A stretch of 57,255 nt of DNA from a virus (taxonomy: Duplodnaviria > Caudoviricetes), in the IMG/VR virus record IMGVR_UViG_3300046007_011961, positions 1 to 57,255 of that record; one strand, written 5' to 3'. Each line of letters opens with the position of its first letter. Position 1 is the stretch's first letter. Position numbers and translations under genes: made by a program. Positions 17,553 through 28,541 of this stretch are shown here, piece after piece. Below the pieces are notes generated by a model that had not been told where the DNA came from, did no database searches, and worked only from the letters and a program-made list of their open reading frames with translations.

Positions 17553-18155
17553 CTACAGCATCTTTGAGTATATAGCCCGCTGCAATTTACCTAGCCAATT
17601 CTGTACAGTATAACAGCAATTTGCAATTTTTATCCAAAACCTTCTCCAACCTACATAGTTTAAAATTTTCTTAGTTCTGTTCCACAATAGTTTTTCTTTT
17701 GCAGCGGCAGCTTCTTGGTACAGCTGATTATTCGCCTCATAAGAATTAAGAAAATCGACCTTGAAGAGCTCTATTTTGTCCAGCTTCCCATATATGAAAT
17801 AAGCATTGAACTCTACCCATATGTCCTGTGTAGCTGAATATTTTAAACTACTGTAGAAGTTGATTACTCCGTGGTGGGCTATAGGTTTTAAATATTTATT
17901 TTTAACCACGATTTCTTTGTAAGGATTCCATGGTTTTGGTTTTATTGTTGCCAGTTCTTCTTCTGTATAGCAGATATATTCACGCTCCACTACTTCCTCA
18001 TGAAGCTCACCTGCTTCATTTATCACATATAGCGCCAGGTCGCAGTCCAGATCTTTTGTTTGAAAATCTACACTAGCCCAGGTTTCTTTTAATTCCTGCA
18101 ATAGCTCGCTTAAAGGTAGCGGGTACTTGCACAGAATAGTGTCAAACATTCCCAT
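17553..18155 (-). CDS. phage hypothetical protein
   Basis: MGMFD..C.YPLP..FQTKDL pattern recalled from phage proteins. Confidence 0.7.
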   Translation of the reverse strand: MGMFDTILCKYPLPLSELLQELKETWASVDFQTKDLDCDLALYVINEAGELHEEVVEREYICYTEEELATIKPKPWNPYKEIVVKNKYLKPIAHHGVINFYSSLKYSATQDIWVEFNAYFIYGKLDKIELFKVDFLNSYEANNQLYQEAAAAKEKLLWNRTKKILNYVGWRRFWIKIANCCYTVQNWLGKLQRAIYSKML

Positions 18156-18169
18156 AAGTTTAAACTGTG

Positions 18170-18457
18170 TTATTGTTCTAGTGTTGTACCTGGTTTGAAG
18201 AATTCTATGAATGCTGGAGTAGATTCTCCAACATACGCACCTTCAACGTTAAATGAAAAGTATTCGTAAGCTTCTTCTTCACTCATGTCGCGCATCAATA
18301 TCTCAATGCACTTATGCCTATCGAATACTGCTATAGGGTTATTAAATTGAGTAGCTACACCCACGAATGCTTCTTCAAACCCGTCAGCCATCAGCACCGG
18401 CTGGTCAGGGTAGTTATCGTCTAGCCATGCATCTATCTGTTCAATTAAATTTTCCAT
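18170..18457 (-). CDS. phage hypothetical protein
   Basis: ADGFEEAFVG..EEA.EYF.FNV.GAYVGE.TP pattern. Confidence 0.7.
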   Translation of the reverse strand: MENLIEQIDAWLDDNYPDQPVLMADGFEEAFVGVATQFNNPIAVFDRHKCIEILMRDMSEEEAYEYFSFNVEGAYVGESTPAFIEFFKPGTTLEQ

Positions 18458-18604
18458 ACGTTTAGCTGTACACCAAATATTCAATCACATAAGCAACCAG
18501 CAAACCTGCAGCTGCTCCTGTAACAAAAGGAATTAATGTATTGACGGTAAAAAGTTTTAATTTGTTCATATCATAGTGTTTCTGTTCTTCTGTATCTAGT
18601 ATTT

Positions 18605-19495
18605 TCATAGATTCTCGAACGACTTTTCTTTCATCTTGAATTCATAGTCCAGATCTATGCTTTTACCGTACGTATCTGGTACAGCTGTAGCATAGTCTGC
18701 ATGTTTACGAGGGTTGTTTTGATCTGGTGCTGATTCGCTATAGTGAAACAAGGGCCTGATTATTTGTCCCCATGACTCATAGCTGATGTTAAATGCCTCT
18801 TCTTCAGAGAGACCATCAGGGTGACACTTGTGATGCAGATAGTCGAAAGTGATAGGAAACCCTCCTCTAGGCTTCATATACTGATCTAACTTCTTAACAC
18901 TCCAGCCTGAAACCTTGTCATCGTTCTCCAACACAAGGCGCATTCTGGTGTGGAGCTTCAATCTAGAATAGTTTTCTACAAACTTGTCTGCCACCCTATC
19001 CCAATCTCCATTACAGTTAACATGTATGTTTATCGGATTCATGAATATATCATAGCAGCCAATATCGTTCATAAAGTCTGAATAGAAATCTAGCTCTCTG
19101 ATTGTTCTAATTACAGCGTCTTGATTTTCGCTGGCTAGAACATTAAACTGATCAGGATGTAGGCTGAGTCTTACCTCAGGGAACTTTTCTCTAGTGTCTT
19201 TGATATATTGCACCTTTGCTAATATCTGAAAGAAGTTAGGTAGGTCCCTCATCTTTACCTCCGCTTTATCGTATGTGATAAGCGGAAACAGGCTGGAGCT
19301 TAGTCTGTAGTTTAGATTATGTTCTCCACAATAAGCTATAGCTAGCGCAGTAACATCTAGGTTGTGCTCGATGATTTCACCCAGCTTAGTCAGCCCCAGC
19401 TCCCTCGGTAGAGAGCTGAAGCTTTTGTATGTGATAGTTCTAAACTTTAAAGGCTCGAGAGCCAGTACAATACAACAGACGCCTTTTTTAATCAT
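18605..19495 (-). CDS. uvsE: UV DNA damage endonuclease (UVDE)
   Basis: YRLSSSLFP, RLSLHPDQFNVLAS, INIH, RLVLENDD, FDYLHH, FHYSES, HAD. Confidence 0.93.
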   Translation of the reverse strand: MIKKGVCCIVLALEPLKFRTITYKSFSSLPRELGLTKLGEIIEHNLDVTALAIAYCGEHNLNYRLSSSLFPLITYDKAEVKMRDLPNFFQILAKVQYIKDTREKFPEVRLSLHPDQFNVLASENQDAVIRTIRELDFYSDFMNDIGCYDIFMNPINIHVNCNGDWDRVADKFVENYSRLKLHTRMRLVLENDDKVSGWSVKKLDQYMKPRGGFPITFDYLHHKCHPDGLSEEEAFNISYESWGQIIRPLFHYSESAPDQNNPRKHADYATAVPDTYGKSIDLDYEFKMKEKSFENL

Positions 19496-19514
19496 TGATT
19501 TGTATGTAGCGAAT

Positions 19515-22500
19515 TCATTTTTGTGTTTCTTGAGATATGATTTCTTCCAACTCTTTTTTAAGAAAAGCCTGGGCACAATAATACCTAGACTCTCCTTCTG
19601 GTGTTGTAGCTGGTCGGCTGTTCTCTAGCAGATACTCTGTCCATAGTTTAAGTACTTCTAGCTTTCTTCTAAGCTTTTTTTCAATTTCGTCGCACAACAT
19701 ATTAGTCTCTGTCGTCTTGGTCGTCCTGGCAGCATTCGCACCGCCAGAGTGATTTACTTGGGTTTTCTTTGTTTCTTTGGACAATGTATAGGTAAGTGCC
19801 GTTAGCGATGTCCAAACCTGTAGTGATATCTCCGCAATCTGTGCATTTAAACTCCATTTCTGGAAGCACACCCTCTTTACTTAATATTGCCATCTAATAA
19901 TCCTTTTAATTTGTTTCTAGTACTTGCGCATGCTACATGATCATCAATTATCTCTAGAGCTTTACGCATACGGTTTCTCAACCCCTGAATTCCATCGTCA
20001 TCATCATCACCCAGGCACATACCTTCGCGATACGTGCCTGAGTAGATTAGTTCTCCGTTTTTAAAGACTTCAAATTTAGACGAGCCATCTTTAATCATAT
20101 TAATCAATAAACGCGTATCGAGCTACAGGCTGTTGAATGCTGCGATCCATGTAGGGGTAGTTTTGAACATATCGAGCTTTGCTGAAGTGTAGGCTGTGAT
20201 TGTCTGCAGTCTCAATCAAGATCTCTCGGTCTTTGTTTTGCTCGTCAAACAAGCTTTTGTCCTCTGTAATGTCTCTCCATTTGATGTCACTCATAATTCC
20301 CATACTATTTTGCTAGCTCTAAGAGTGCGTGGTGCAGCAATAGCTCTGCATTAAACTTACCAGAAAGCCACATATCAAGTATTTGTAGCTTGGTATATGG
20401 TGTTTTGATATGTGACAAAGCCTGCCGGATTCTTAGGGAACTTTCAGCTAGCTGTTTCTTCATTCTACGCTCTCTAGCGTCATTCATCTTAACATCGAAC
20501 CAGTTGATGGCGTAGTTAAAATCCTCTTCATTGCTGCTGTTAAATATAGCATCATGCAGGAAGTCATGTGCTTCCTGGTCATCTTTGTCTACGCCTAGGC
20601 TCTCTGCGAGTTCATTATATAATTTGTCGCTAGCAGCCTGATTCTTGATAACTTGCTCTCTAATGACTTTTACTTTGAATTTGTCGTTCTTTTCCATAGT
20701 TTCGGGTATTTCAAACCAGCTTAAACTAAACCTATGTGCTGGAAATTCTTTTAAAACTACTGCGGTCCAACTAGAATTAGTTTGCAGTTCATGTACAGTG
20801 TATTCGTTACCCACCACTAGAAGTTTAGCGGCAGCTTCAGACATGTTAGTGAACCAAAAGGCACTGATGCCTTTGAACTTTATCTTACTTCCGATTTTAG
20901 CTAATGTTTTCATTTACTAATCCTTTCTAAAATTATTTCTCTCGTATTCAGCATCCGCACCTTCTTGAAAGCCTCTTTCGTATTCTTTGTTAAGTTGTTC
21001 TTGTAATTCTTTAATCTTATCTGCTGCATGTGTCGCTACATGCCAAGTAGGGCCAGCAGTCACAACTCCATCAGCTTCTGTAGCATTAGGAAAGTTTTCT
21101 TGATCGTCTTTAAACCAAGGGTAGTTTAGAGCTTTTCCTAAGATTTGGTCAATCTCTCGAAACTCTTCCAACATCTTGACATTTTGTTTATTGAGTTTAG
21201 CGATCACTTCTCGGTGCTCGTCAATGATACGAGCATAATCTTTGACTAGCTCGCCCATGGTTATGTATTCTCCCCGTTGCGTGAGCAGATCCCTTGAGAT
21301 ACCTTCTTGTATCTCTATTCTTGCTTTTAACCGCTTTACCTCATTCTGAGCTTCTTCTAATTGTTCAATAGTTGTTTTCATCCTAGGTTATTTAGGTTCC
21401 AAAAGTTACGATTAATAATTTCTTGTTGTTGTTCTTCAGTAAGCTCACCGTTACCAACACGATGAGCATAACTCCAACTATCTGCATTATTCAATAATGT
21501 TCGAATACCGGAACCGTTTCCAGAAATTGTCATCATATTGATGTTGTGCAGAAACTGCTCATATTGAGCTACTTTCTCTTCTAGTGTAGGTGTATTCATA
21601 CTAATACGTAATTTTTAGATTATCTAATCTGTCTTCTATTGTTCTTAAGCTATTTTTAAGTTCATTGATGCTCTCGTCATATTCGACCAGCTGAGTCAAA
21701 AACAAACTGACTTTTTGCTCTTCACTAAGTTTACTCCAAAAGTTTTTGCTAAAAGTATCAGCGTTGGTGATGCGATACTCATTGAAGGATATAATTTCAA
21801 TACCTAGGTTTTCGATTAGTTTAACTGATAGTCTACCGTGATTTGGATAGATGCTTTTTAATATAGACTTATCGATTTTCATTCTTCTTTTAAATGTGGT
21901 GTTGCGAAGTCAACTTCATCTAGGTTAGCTTGTGGTCTGTCTGCCAGCCTAAGCGTCAGTCTTTTCCATTCTTCAAATCTGGTAATCTGAATTTCTGAAT
22001 CTATACGGTATTGTTTAACTGCTTCGATATACTCATAAGCATTATTAAAAATCACCATATTATTCTCGTGAAGAGGAAGCATTCCTCTTTCTTTTTTAAA
22101 TGCATTTAATCTTTCATACAATGCCTTTTCACTTTTTGATATGAAATCATCAATCTTAATCCCCCATCGAGATTGAAACACGATGATTGGACAATGATTG
22201 TTTATCTGCACAAATGCAATATCACCATCATCAGTCAATGAGTGATATATATTGTTGCACAGAATTTCAAAGTCGTGTGCGTTTTCGTAAAAATATTTAA
22301 ACGCATCATGTTCTGCTATCATGGCATATCTATCTTCGCTATCATAAATAAACCTGCACAGCGTTGCGGCTGCTTTATATTCAGGATACTCTTGAGCCTC
22401 AACGTCAATCATGTGCTTGATTGCTTTGATGGCTTGTTTGTGCTTTTTTTCTAATTCTTTTATAAAGCTACTTTTCATTAGGTATAACTATTTCAAACGT

Positions 22501-22653
22501 GTAACCGTCTTCTGCTCTATAAGTAGGATATAGTGCCTTCACTTCCCTATGCATGCTTTCCATATTTTTCCTATCATACTCATAAGAACCTACTATTCTT
22601 TTACCGCTTTTTGTGCGGCGATCTTTGATGTATATATTTAATATGTAGGTCAT
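19515..22653 (-). other. array of about 10 small hypothetical ORFs (19515-19700, 19702-19893 Zn finger, 19877-20107, 20100-20303, 20305-20913, 20917-21381, 21378-21599, 21601-21882, 21879-22478, 22468-22653)
   Basis: Abutting or overlapping co-oriented ORFs; no family recognised. Confidence 0.65.
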
Positions 22654-22776
22654 ACTAGTCTACGTTATAGTGAATCGCAAAAGCCAACAAAGCAAATATA
22701 GCTACTGTCAGTATTAGCGGCGTTGGAAGCTTGTTTAAAGCTGCAATGTTGTACGGCTCCATAGATTTTCTTGAGT

Positions 22777-23124
22777 TTATTCGTCAAGCGTATCTTCAAT
22801 TTTCATTGTTTTACCCATCCATGCTTGAGGCCTGATATTAGTGAACCAGTCTTGTATACTGGGTATTCTACCCAAGTCCTCTTTTACATGCTGCTCGCCT
22901 ACCCATCTCGTAGGTATCTTCTTCCCGTTGCTGAGTGTGATTGTTATACCGAACTTCTGCTCACACTCATATATTCCTTCACTGTGATGTCTGAGAGCCC
23001 TGTGCCTGAAGTCGGCATAATAGGCTTTAGACTCATCGAACCAGTTATGGATAGGGAGGTAGTCTCCTACCTCCCCTCCCCATTTCTTCACACTACTCAT
23101 AGCGTGATGATAAGGATGACTCAT
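22777..23124 (-). CDS. DUF6915-like His-rich protein
   Basis: HPYHHA.SSVKKWGG..IH.WFD.SK..DFRHRALRHH. Confidence 0.75.
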   Translation of the reverse strand: MSHPYHHAMSSVKKWGGEVGDYLPIHNWFDESKAYYADFRHRALRHHSEGIYECEQKFGITITLSNGKKIPTRWVGEQHVKEDLGRIPSIQDWFTNIRPQAWMGKTMKIEDTLDE

Positions 23125-23576
23125 TAGAACTTGTCGTTATAAGTCTCTACAGATTGTACTCGCTCATTATACTCAAGCTGCCCTGTGCCGTCAGGATTAA
23201 TGGTTACAAGCCCATACGACCCTTCATTAATTTCCCAACCCGGATGCTTTGCCTCCAGAAGGCTATATACAACCTCAAGGATTAACCCTTCCGCAGTGTC
23301 CTCTTGTTCAATTATCTCGCTAATAAGTTCACCGTTAACAAATTTACTTGTTTTTGTAAATAGCTTGCATGGCTCTGCGTTTAAGTCTGTGTCCTCTCCA
23401 TTCTCATCTATAAAAGAAACAGAGTCTATCTGGCCGCTGTCGCCACTACCATCAAACTCAACTTCCACTCTAGCTATTTTATGTTTTTCTAGAAGCTGTT
23501 TAACAATTTCTCGATTCTTATTAACCAACTCGAGTGCTTCTTCTTTTTGTTTTGCTAATATTTGTAAGTAGTCCAT
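23124..23576 (-). CDS. DUF6878-like acidic protein
   Basis: FDGSGDSGQI and GWEINEGSYG. Confidence 0.7.
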   Translation of the reverse strand: MDYLQILAKQKEEALELVNKNREIVKQLLEKHKIARVEVEFDGSGDSGQIDSVSFIDENGEDTDLNAEPCKLFTKTSKFVNGELISEIIEQEDTAEGLILEVVYSLLEAKHPGWEINEGSYGLVTINPDGTGQLEYNERVQSVETYNDKF

Positions 23577-23587
23577 GTTGTTTTAAT

Positions 23588-24397
23588 CTAGTTGTAGGTT
23601 CCGTAGTCTTCAGGCTTCATCGGATCATAACCATCCATCATTGCGAAAAACCGCTCTCTCGACAGTTTACCTTCACACTCATAAATAGCTGTCGCCAGAA
23701 TTTCTCCATAAACTCCGCCGAGTTGTTCTCGTATAGTGTCATCATCGCTGAAGTCTAGTTTACTGATGTCGTAACTGATCTTCATAAGCTCATTAGCACT
23801 AATCTTCCAACCTCGTCTAATAAGTTTATTTACTCTAAACAATGCACATAGCGGGAAACCGCTGCCGGCATAATATAGTTCTTTTGCAACGATAGCTTCT
23901 AAACTGAATTGATTTAGTACCAGTTTATCATCTTCAGTGTAGTAGTTTTTAGTGTGTACGAAATCAAACGTTTTGTGGATTTTTTCTACATCTCCACAGA
24001 ACCTAATAACTATCTGCACACCTGAGGTAAGTGTAATAGCGTTTCTTGAAACGTAAATCGGAGTATATTCACCCACAACCTCTAACTCTGCAAGCCGCTT
24101 TATAGGTGTTAGAGGAGTATCTAAACCAATTGTGACACCTGTGGCTGTTACTTGCAAAGGTATTCCACGCCAACCCATAAGGGCTGTATAGTATTCCGCA
24201 AGACGAAGAGCTGTCTTAGTATTTTTTAGATATATATCGTAATCATTGACAGGTTCATCTAGCAGCATACTGCTGATGCAGCCTCCAGTTACAATAAAAT
24301 CCCGCTCCACGTCTTCTCTAAGGTTACGATCCGTAATCGAGCTTACCCATTCTTTTACCTTATTTTTAATATTTTTTTCTACTTCTTTTTTATTCAT
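23588..24397 (-). CDS. nucleotidyltransferase (PolA/CCA head-like)
   Basis: GGCISS..NDYDIY (GG/DxD), FDFVH, R..K...RGW. Confidence 0.7.
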   Translation of the reverse strand: MNKKEVEKNIKNKVKEWVSSITDRNLREDVERDFIVTGGCISSMLLDEPVNDYDIYLKNTKTALRLAEYYTALMGWRGIPLQVTATGVTIGLDTPLTPIKRLAELEVVGEYTPIYVSRNAITLTSGVQIVIRFCGDVEKIHKTFDFVHTKNYYTEDDKLVLNQFSLEAIVAKELYYAGSGFPLCALFRVNKLIRRGWKISANELMKISYDISKLDFSDDDTIREQLGGVYGEILATAIYECEGKLSRERFFAMMDGYDPMKPEDYGTYN

Positions 24398-24570
24398 AGT
24401 GTTAATTATCGTTTGAGTCTGCTTCAGTTACGTACTTATCTAGTAGATCTATTTTTTCATCTAGCGCCTGATTGAGCTTCTCAATATCCCATTCATAAAT
24501 CTCTTGAAGCTCATCAAGAAGATCTTTGATTTTACTTATGCAGTCTGCTACTGATCTATTGCCCATATTT

Positions 24571-25707
24571 TTAAATATTAACTTCTTCTAGGTTTTTTGT
24601 TCTGATCTTAATTGTGTTGTTAAACCTGGGGATTCCGTCGCTGCTTAAATTCTGATACTTTACAGTTGCCTGCATTCCCAGTATATCTAGACGACGAGCC
24701 CACAGTCTTCGCTGATATTCAATTCCGCCCACAGGAACAGAATCAAATTCTTTACCGTCAGCCATGGCTAGTCGAAGAATTATACATCCTTCACGACTAC
24801 CCTTACCTTCTTTATAGCCTACAATCTCATACTCGTTTTCGTGAAAATCCTTACGTTTAAGCAAGTCTTTTGTACGCTTATGTTGATATAGACTATTACC
24901 TGTACGAATCATCTGCCCCTCGTAGCCTTCAGCCATATATTGCTGATATAAGCTATCCAACTCTTCTTGAGTGTGAGCTGAAACAGTATTTACGGGTTTT
25001 ACATATGGACTACGTAAGCCGTTAATTCCAATAAGCATTAGAAGATAATCCATCTGTCTCCGATTGAAAGGTTGCTCGGAGGTTGTGATTATATCGTATA
25101 CATGATATTGCACACTCTGTTTGCACCTCTCGATGTCCTCAGGATTAGCTTTAGGCTGCTTCACAATGCTCACGATTTCTTCAAACTTATCTTTAAGTTC
25201 GTGTGAGTACATTTCGCCGTCAAGAGCGAGCAGATCTGGGTATTGCTCAAACAACGGCTGCACAGCTTCTTTGATATGTTCTAGTGTTACGAAAGGTTTC
25301 CATTGTCGGCTAAATACTCCATGCCTCGTAACAATACAGCGCAAACCGTCTAGCTTAGGCTGACTGTATATAGGAAACACCAGCTTATCTTTATAATCCG
25401 TATAGTCTTTAGCAAGCATTGGATCTAATCGCAATGGGTGAGCTCCATCAAGAGCATCCACATCCTCAACATAACCCTCGTCTTTTTTCTTTTGCCATTT
25501 GGCTTTGGATTCTAGCTCTGCCTGTTCTTCTGCAGTAGTCTCGTTCTTTTTACCGATGTTTTTACCAATACACTTGGTAGGAGCACTGATTATCTTTTTT
25601 CCTTCTACTTGCCCACTTACTGTATGGTAGCATCCGTCTTCAAAGAATATCTGCCACTCCTGAATAGCCCCGGTGGAAGTATATTTGAATAGCTTGGGTA
25701 GGTTCAT
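24571..25707 (-). CDS. ATP-dependent DNA ligase
   Basis: PMLA, KLDGLR, LDGEM, YEGQMIR, LLKRK, PRF. Confidence 0.93.
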   Translation of the reverse strand: MNLPKLFKYTSTGAIQEWQIFFEDGCYHTVSGQVEGKKIISAPTKCIGKNIGKKNETTAEEQAELESKAKWQKKKDEGYVEDVDALDGAHPLRLDPMLAKDYTDYKDKLVFPIYSQPKLDGLRCIVTRHGVFSRQWKPFVTLEHIKEAVQPLFEQYPDLLALDGEMYSHELKDKFEEIVSIVKQPKANPEDIERCKQSVQYHVYDIITTSEQPFNRRQMDYLLMLIGINGLRSPYVKPVNTVSAHTQEELDSLYQQYMAEGYEGQMIRTGNSLYQHKRTKDLLKRKDFHENEYEIVGYKEGKGSREGCIILRLAMADGKEFDSVPVGGIEYQRRLWARRLDILGMQATVKYQNLSSDGIPRFNNTIKIRTKNLEEVNI

Positions 25708-25805
25708 TTTTTACGGCCTATTGTTTTTGTAACTGTAACTGTTTTACGGATGGTGACATTTCCCGACTTAACTGTTTTGACTCTACGAATAGTTGATTTC
25801 TTCAT
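25704..25805 (-). CDS. 33-aa basic peptide
   Basis: Manual translation MKKSTIRRVKTVKSGNVTIRKTVTVTKTIGRKK; ATGA overlap with ligase start. Confidence 0.5.
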   Translation of the reverse strand: MKKSTIRRVKTVKSGNVTIRKTVTVTKTIGRKK

Positions 25806-25813
25806 ACTGATTA

Positions 25814-26254
25814 TTATCTAATTATCATTCCTTCTTGAGGTTTGGTAGGGAAGTATTTGTCGATTTCTTCTACAGCCTCGCGAATCAGTTCCAGGGAGTT
25901 ATGACTCAACGACCAAAACTTTACACGATCCACATTATAATCATCTATATTTGGAACTACAGATATGCGTAATTTACTTTTTTCGTAAGTTGCGTGTGCT
26001 GTGAGCTGCCAATACATGGTCCAAATTCTCAAGTGCTCTCTATAATGCCATGACATATTATCTGTATGTATGACGCTGATACAGCACTGATAGTGTGTTT
26101 TTTTAATACATGTTGGATTGACACATACAAATAACCCAGGCTCGATTTTGTTTAAAAATTCTTTCGGGGTATCATTTAAATGTCTGGTAGGCCACAGAAG
26201 TTGTACACCTGCTCTAGCTGTGCTGCCTTTATTTACAAAATAAATATTACTCAT
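25814..26254 (-). CDS. hypothetical protein
   Basis: ORF in operon packing. Confidence 0.55.
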   Translation of the reverse strand: MSNIYFVNKGSTARAGVQLLWPTRHLNDTPKEFLNKIEPGLFVCVNPTCIKKTHYQCCISVIHTDNMSWHYREHLRIWTMYWQLTAHATYEKSKLRISVVPNIDDYNVDRVKFWSLSHNSLELIREAVEEIDKYFPTKPQEGMIIR

Positions 26255-26631
26255 TGTTTTCTGAAGTCTAGTTCGTCTTCAAATACTTTTCTTATATCTT
26301 CTGCTATATGATGTTGTGTGTTGAGTATTGCTTGCACATGTTCTGAAGATAGGGAATCTAACGTTCTCCATTGCAGCTCTTCTTTTCCATCTTTGCCTCT
26401 GGTGCCCCATTTAAACACAGTACGGATCTTTTCGTGAGGGTCGTTAGTGTAAACAAAGGCAGGCGTAGCAGGCTCTTTGTTTACGCTCCTTCTCACATAG
26501 TCTATACCGCCGTCCAGCATGTATTGTTCGCCATTAGCATCAGTGTGTGTTTTATAGTCGTGTCTATGCAGCGATTCTAAACGCGTACCATCGGGTGTTA
26601 TGATTGCGCTCACCAATAACTTATTCTTCAT
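26251..26631 (-). CDS. phage hypothetical protein
   Basis: TPDGT.L.S.HRHDY..DGG.DY.RR pattern. Confidence 0.7.
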   Translation of the reverse strand: MKNKLLVSAIITPDGTRLESLHRHDYKTHTDANGEQYMLDGGIDYVRRSVNKEPATPAFVYTNDPHEKIRTVFKWGTRGKDGKEELQWRTLDSLSSEHVQAILNTQHHIAEDIRKVFEDELDFRKQ

Positions 26632-27262
26632 CTGTTTGTTTTTCCCACCAAAGCTCCTCGCCTTCTTTCCATTTTTCTTGTTTCTTTTTACAGTCGGTAC
26701 ATACAGTATGCCACCAGCCTGAGGTATACAGCTTTCCAGGCTTACCGTCGTTTTGACATATCTTACCGCTCATATGCTCTGCAAACGCAATCACACCGTC
26801 TACATAGCCGCAATACCTATCCCATGCAGCATGGATCTGTTTTTCAGATAAGCCGGCAACCTCTTCTTTTGTGAACTTCCTATAAACGTCGTGGTATACT
26901 CTAAGTGTGCCGAATTTTTCTTTTACTTGCGTGAATTTTACGCCGAAGCCTGGGAACTTTTCGTACCTATCAAATTTTGCAACATAGAGAATGTTGTTGG
27001 GTAGCTTAAACCACCGTTCAATTTTTCTACACTTGTTATGTAAAAATACTTCTAAATCGTATTGATACGGAAACTTCTCTTTTTTCAATATATAGCGAGA
27101 CCCTGCTCGCTGCAGCATGTCACACATTTCCCTGATAATAGGCTCCCAACCGTCTCCACATTCTAATCCCCAGCACATGCATGTTTCTGACATGTCTAGA
27201 GTATGTTCCTGAAAAATCTCAGGAAAGTCTACGTATAGCTTATCTTGCAGTTCTTTGTTCAT
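26621..27262 (-). CDS. phage hypothetical protein
   Basis: CGDGW and QVKEKFGTLR.Y pattern. Confidence 0.7.
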   Translation of the reverse strand: MNKELQDKLYVDFPEIFQEHTLDMSETCMCWGLECGDGWEPIIREMCDMLQRAGSRYILKKEKFPYQYDLEVFLHNKCRKIERWFKLPNNILYVAKFDRYEKFPGFGVKFTQVKEKFGTLRVYHDVYRKFTKEEVAGLSEKQIHAAWDRYCGYVDGVIAFAEHMSGKICQNDGKPGKLYTSGWWHTVCTDCKKKQEKWKEGEELWWEKQTDEE

Positions 27263-27266
27263 AGCT

Positions 27267-27479
27267 TTATAATAATATCCTTATATTCACCTTTCTGTTA
27301 ATCTTAACCGCAATTTCTTCAACAGTTTCTTTGACAAAATATTTAAAGCCGTTAGTAAGCTCGATACTTGTCATTTTTTTATCGTCGTTGATTTCCTGGA
27401 GAGTAGCTATCATATCAACGTTGATATAGATAGGTGGTTCTGAATAAGATACAGTTAATTTAATTAGTGTTAGACTCAT
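27267..27479 (-). CDS. FlbD-like small protein
   Basis: IKLT..YIN.D.I..L.NG..VKETVEEI. Confidence 0.55.
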   Translation of the reverse strand: MSLTLIKLTVSYSEPPIYINVDMIATLQEINDDKKMTSIELTNGFKYFVKETVEEIAVKINRKVNIRILL

Positions 27480-27485
27480 AAGCTG

Positions 27486-28532
27486 CTACCCTTTCTTCAT
27501 GTCGTAAGGCTGATTCATTACTTTCAGGCTCCACCAAGATTTTTGCAAAGCTTCTGACTTGATGGGCACTACCGACCGAATGACTAGACCTTCAGCGTTT
27601 GTTCTTCCGTTATCATACTTAGCTTCGTTAGCCATCTTTTGAAGTTCTTCACTAGATGGAAAATTATTTGCAGTGAATCTATGTAGTACAGAGACTGTCG
27701 GAATGTTGTGTAAGCTGCAAAAGCACCTAGTATAATCCCAGTCCAACCATTGCCAGGTTTTAATATTTTTTAGCTGAAAAGCAAAGAACGTAAGCTCTTG
27801 CAGTTTCATAGGGTTTCCTTGAATACCTGGACCGCATACTTCACCTTGAATAGCTAGTTCAGATCCGCTGAAGGATAATGCTTCTTCCAGCTTATACTTT
27901 CTAGCAACTTCCCAAAAAACATTACCCTCTGTCTCTTCAAGCTCTAGGTTTCTAGAGCACACTCTGAATTGTCCATCTTTATAGATAAACGTTCCACTAC
28001 TGCCGTCACATTTCAGAGTTGCAATGAACTCTTGCCCATTAAACCTAGATTCTCTGATTTCTTGTAGTGCTTTAGGTTCACTACGAAAATTCAACTCATC
28101 TGTTTTACTTATAATGCTTGTAGGGAAACTTCCTTTACTTTTTCCTGACAAATTACTTGCAGTAGGAGCTACCCATTTTTCTACACCAAGATGTACACTG
28201 ACCTCATTTCCCTCCACCCATTCTTGTGCAGGAGCACCTGCTGGTGCTGCAAGACTATCTAACACATGTAATGGTATTAGTAGCCCAGCACTATACTGAC
28301 CTTTTAGTTTAACTGTTTTAAGTCGAACCTTATCATCACCGACGTATGTCTCATCTAATAGTGCTTTTGGAACAAGTGAGTCTGGAAAGACCATTACGAC
28401 CAGCTCTCCCACACTATATAGTCCTTTTCTAGCTACAACATGCCAGCCTAGAACAGAGGCACGCTCAATCCTATCTGCTCCCTCGATAGGAGACAATTCT
28501 AGTACTTTTGCAATTACTGCTAATTTTTCCAT
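27486..28532 (-). CDS. RNA ligase (Rnl2/DRB0094-like)
   Basis: N-terminal PIEGADRIE; KTDE, KCDGSS, SRN, QGE, EGLVIR. Confidence 0.88.
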   Translation of the reverse strand: MEKLAVIAKVLELSPIEGADRIERASVLGWHVVARKGLYSVGELVVMVFPDSLVPKALLDETYVGDDKVRLKTVKLKGQYSAGLLIPLHVLDSLAAPAGAPAQEWVEGNEVSVHLGVEKWVAPTASNLSGKSKGSFPTSIISKTDELNFRSEPKALQEIRESRFNGQEFIATLKCDGSSGTFIYKDGQFRVCSRNLELEETEGNVFWEVARKYKLEEALSFSGSELAIQGEVCGPGIQGNPMKLQELTFFAFQLKNIKTWQWLDWDYTRCFCSLHNIPTVSVLHRFTANNFPSSEELQKMANEAKYDNGRTNAEGLVIRSVVPIKSEALQKSWWSLKVMNQPYDMKKG

Positions 28533-28541
28533 AAGTTTAAT

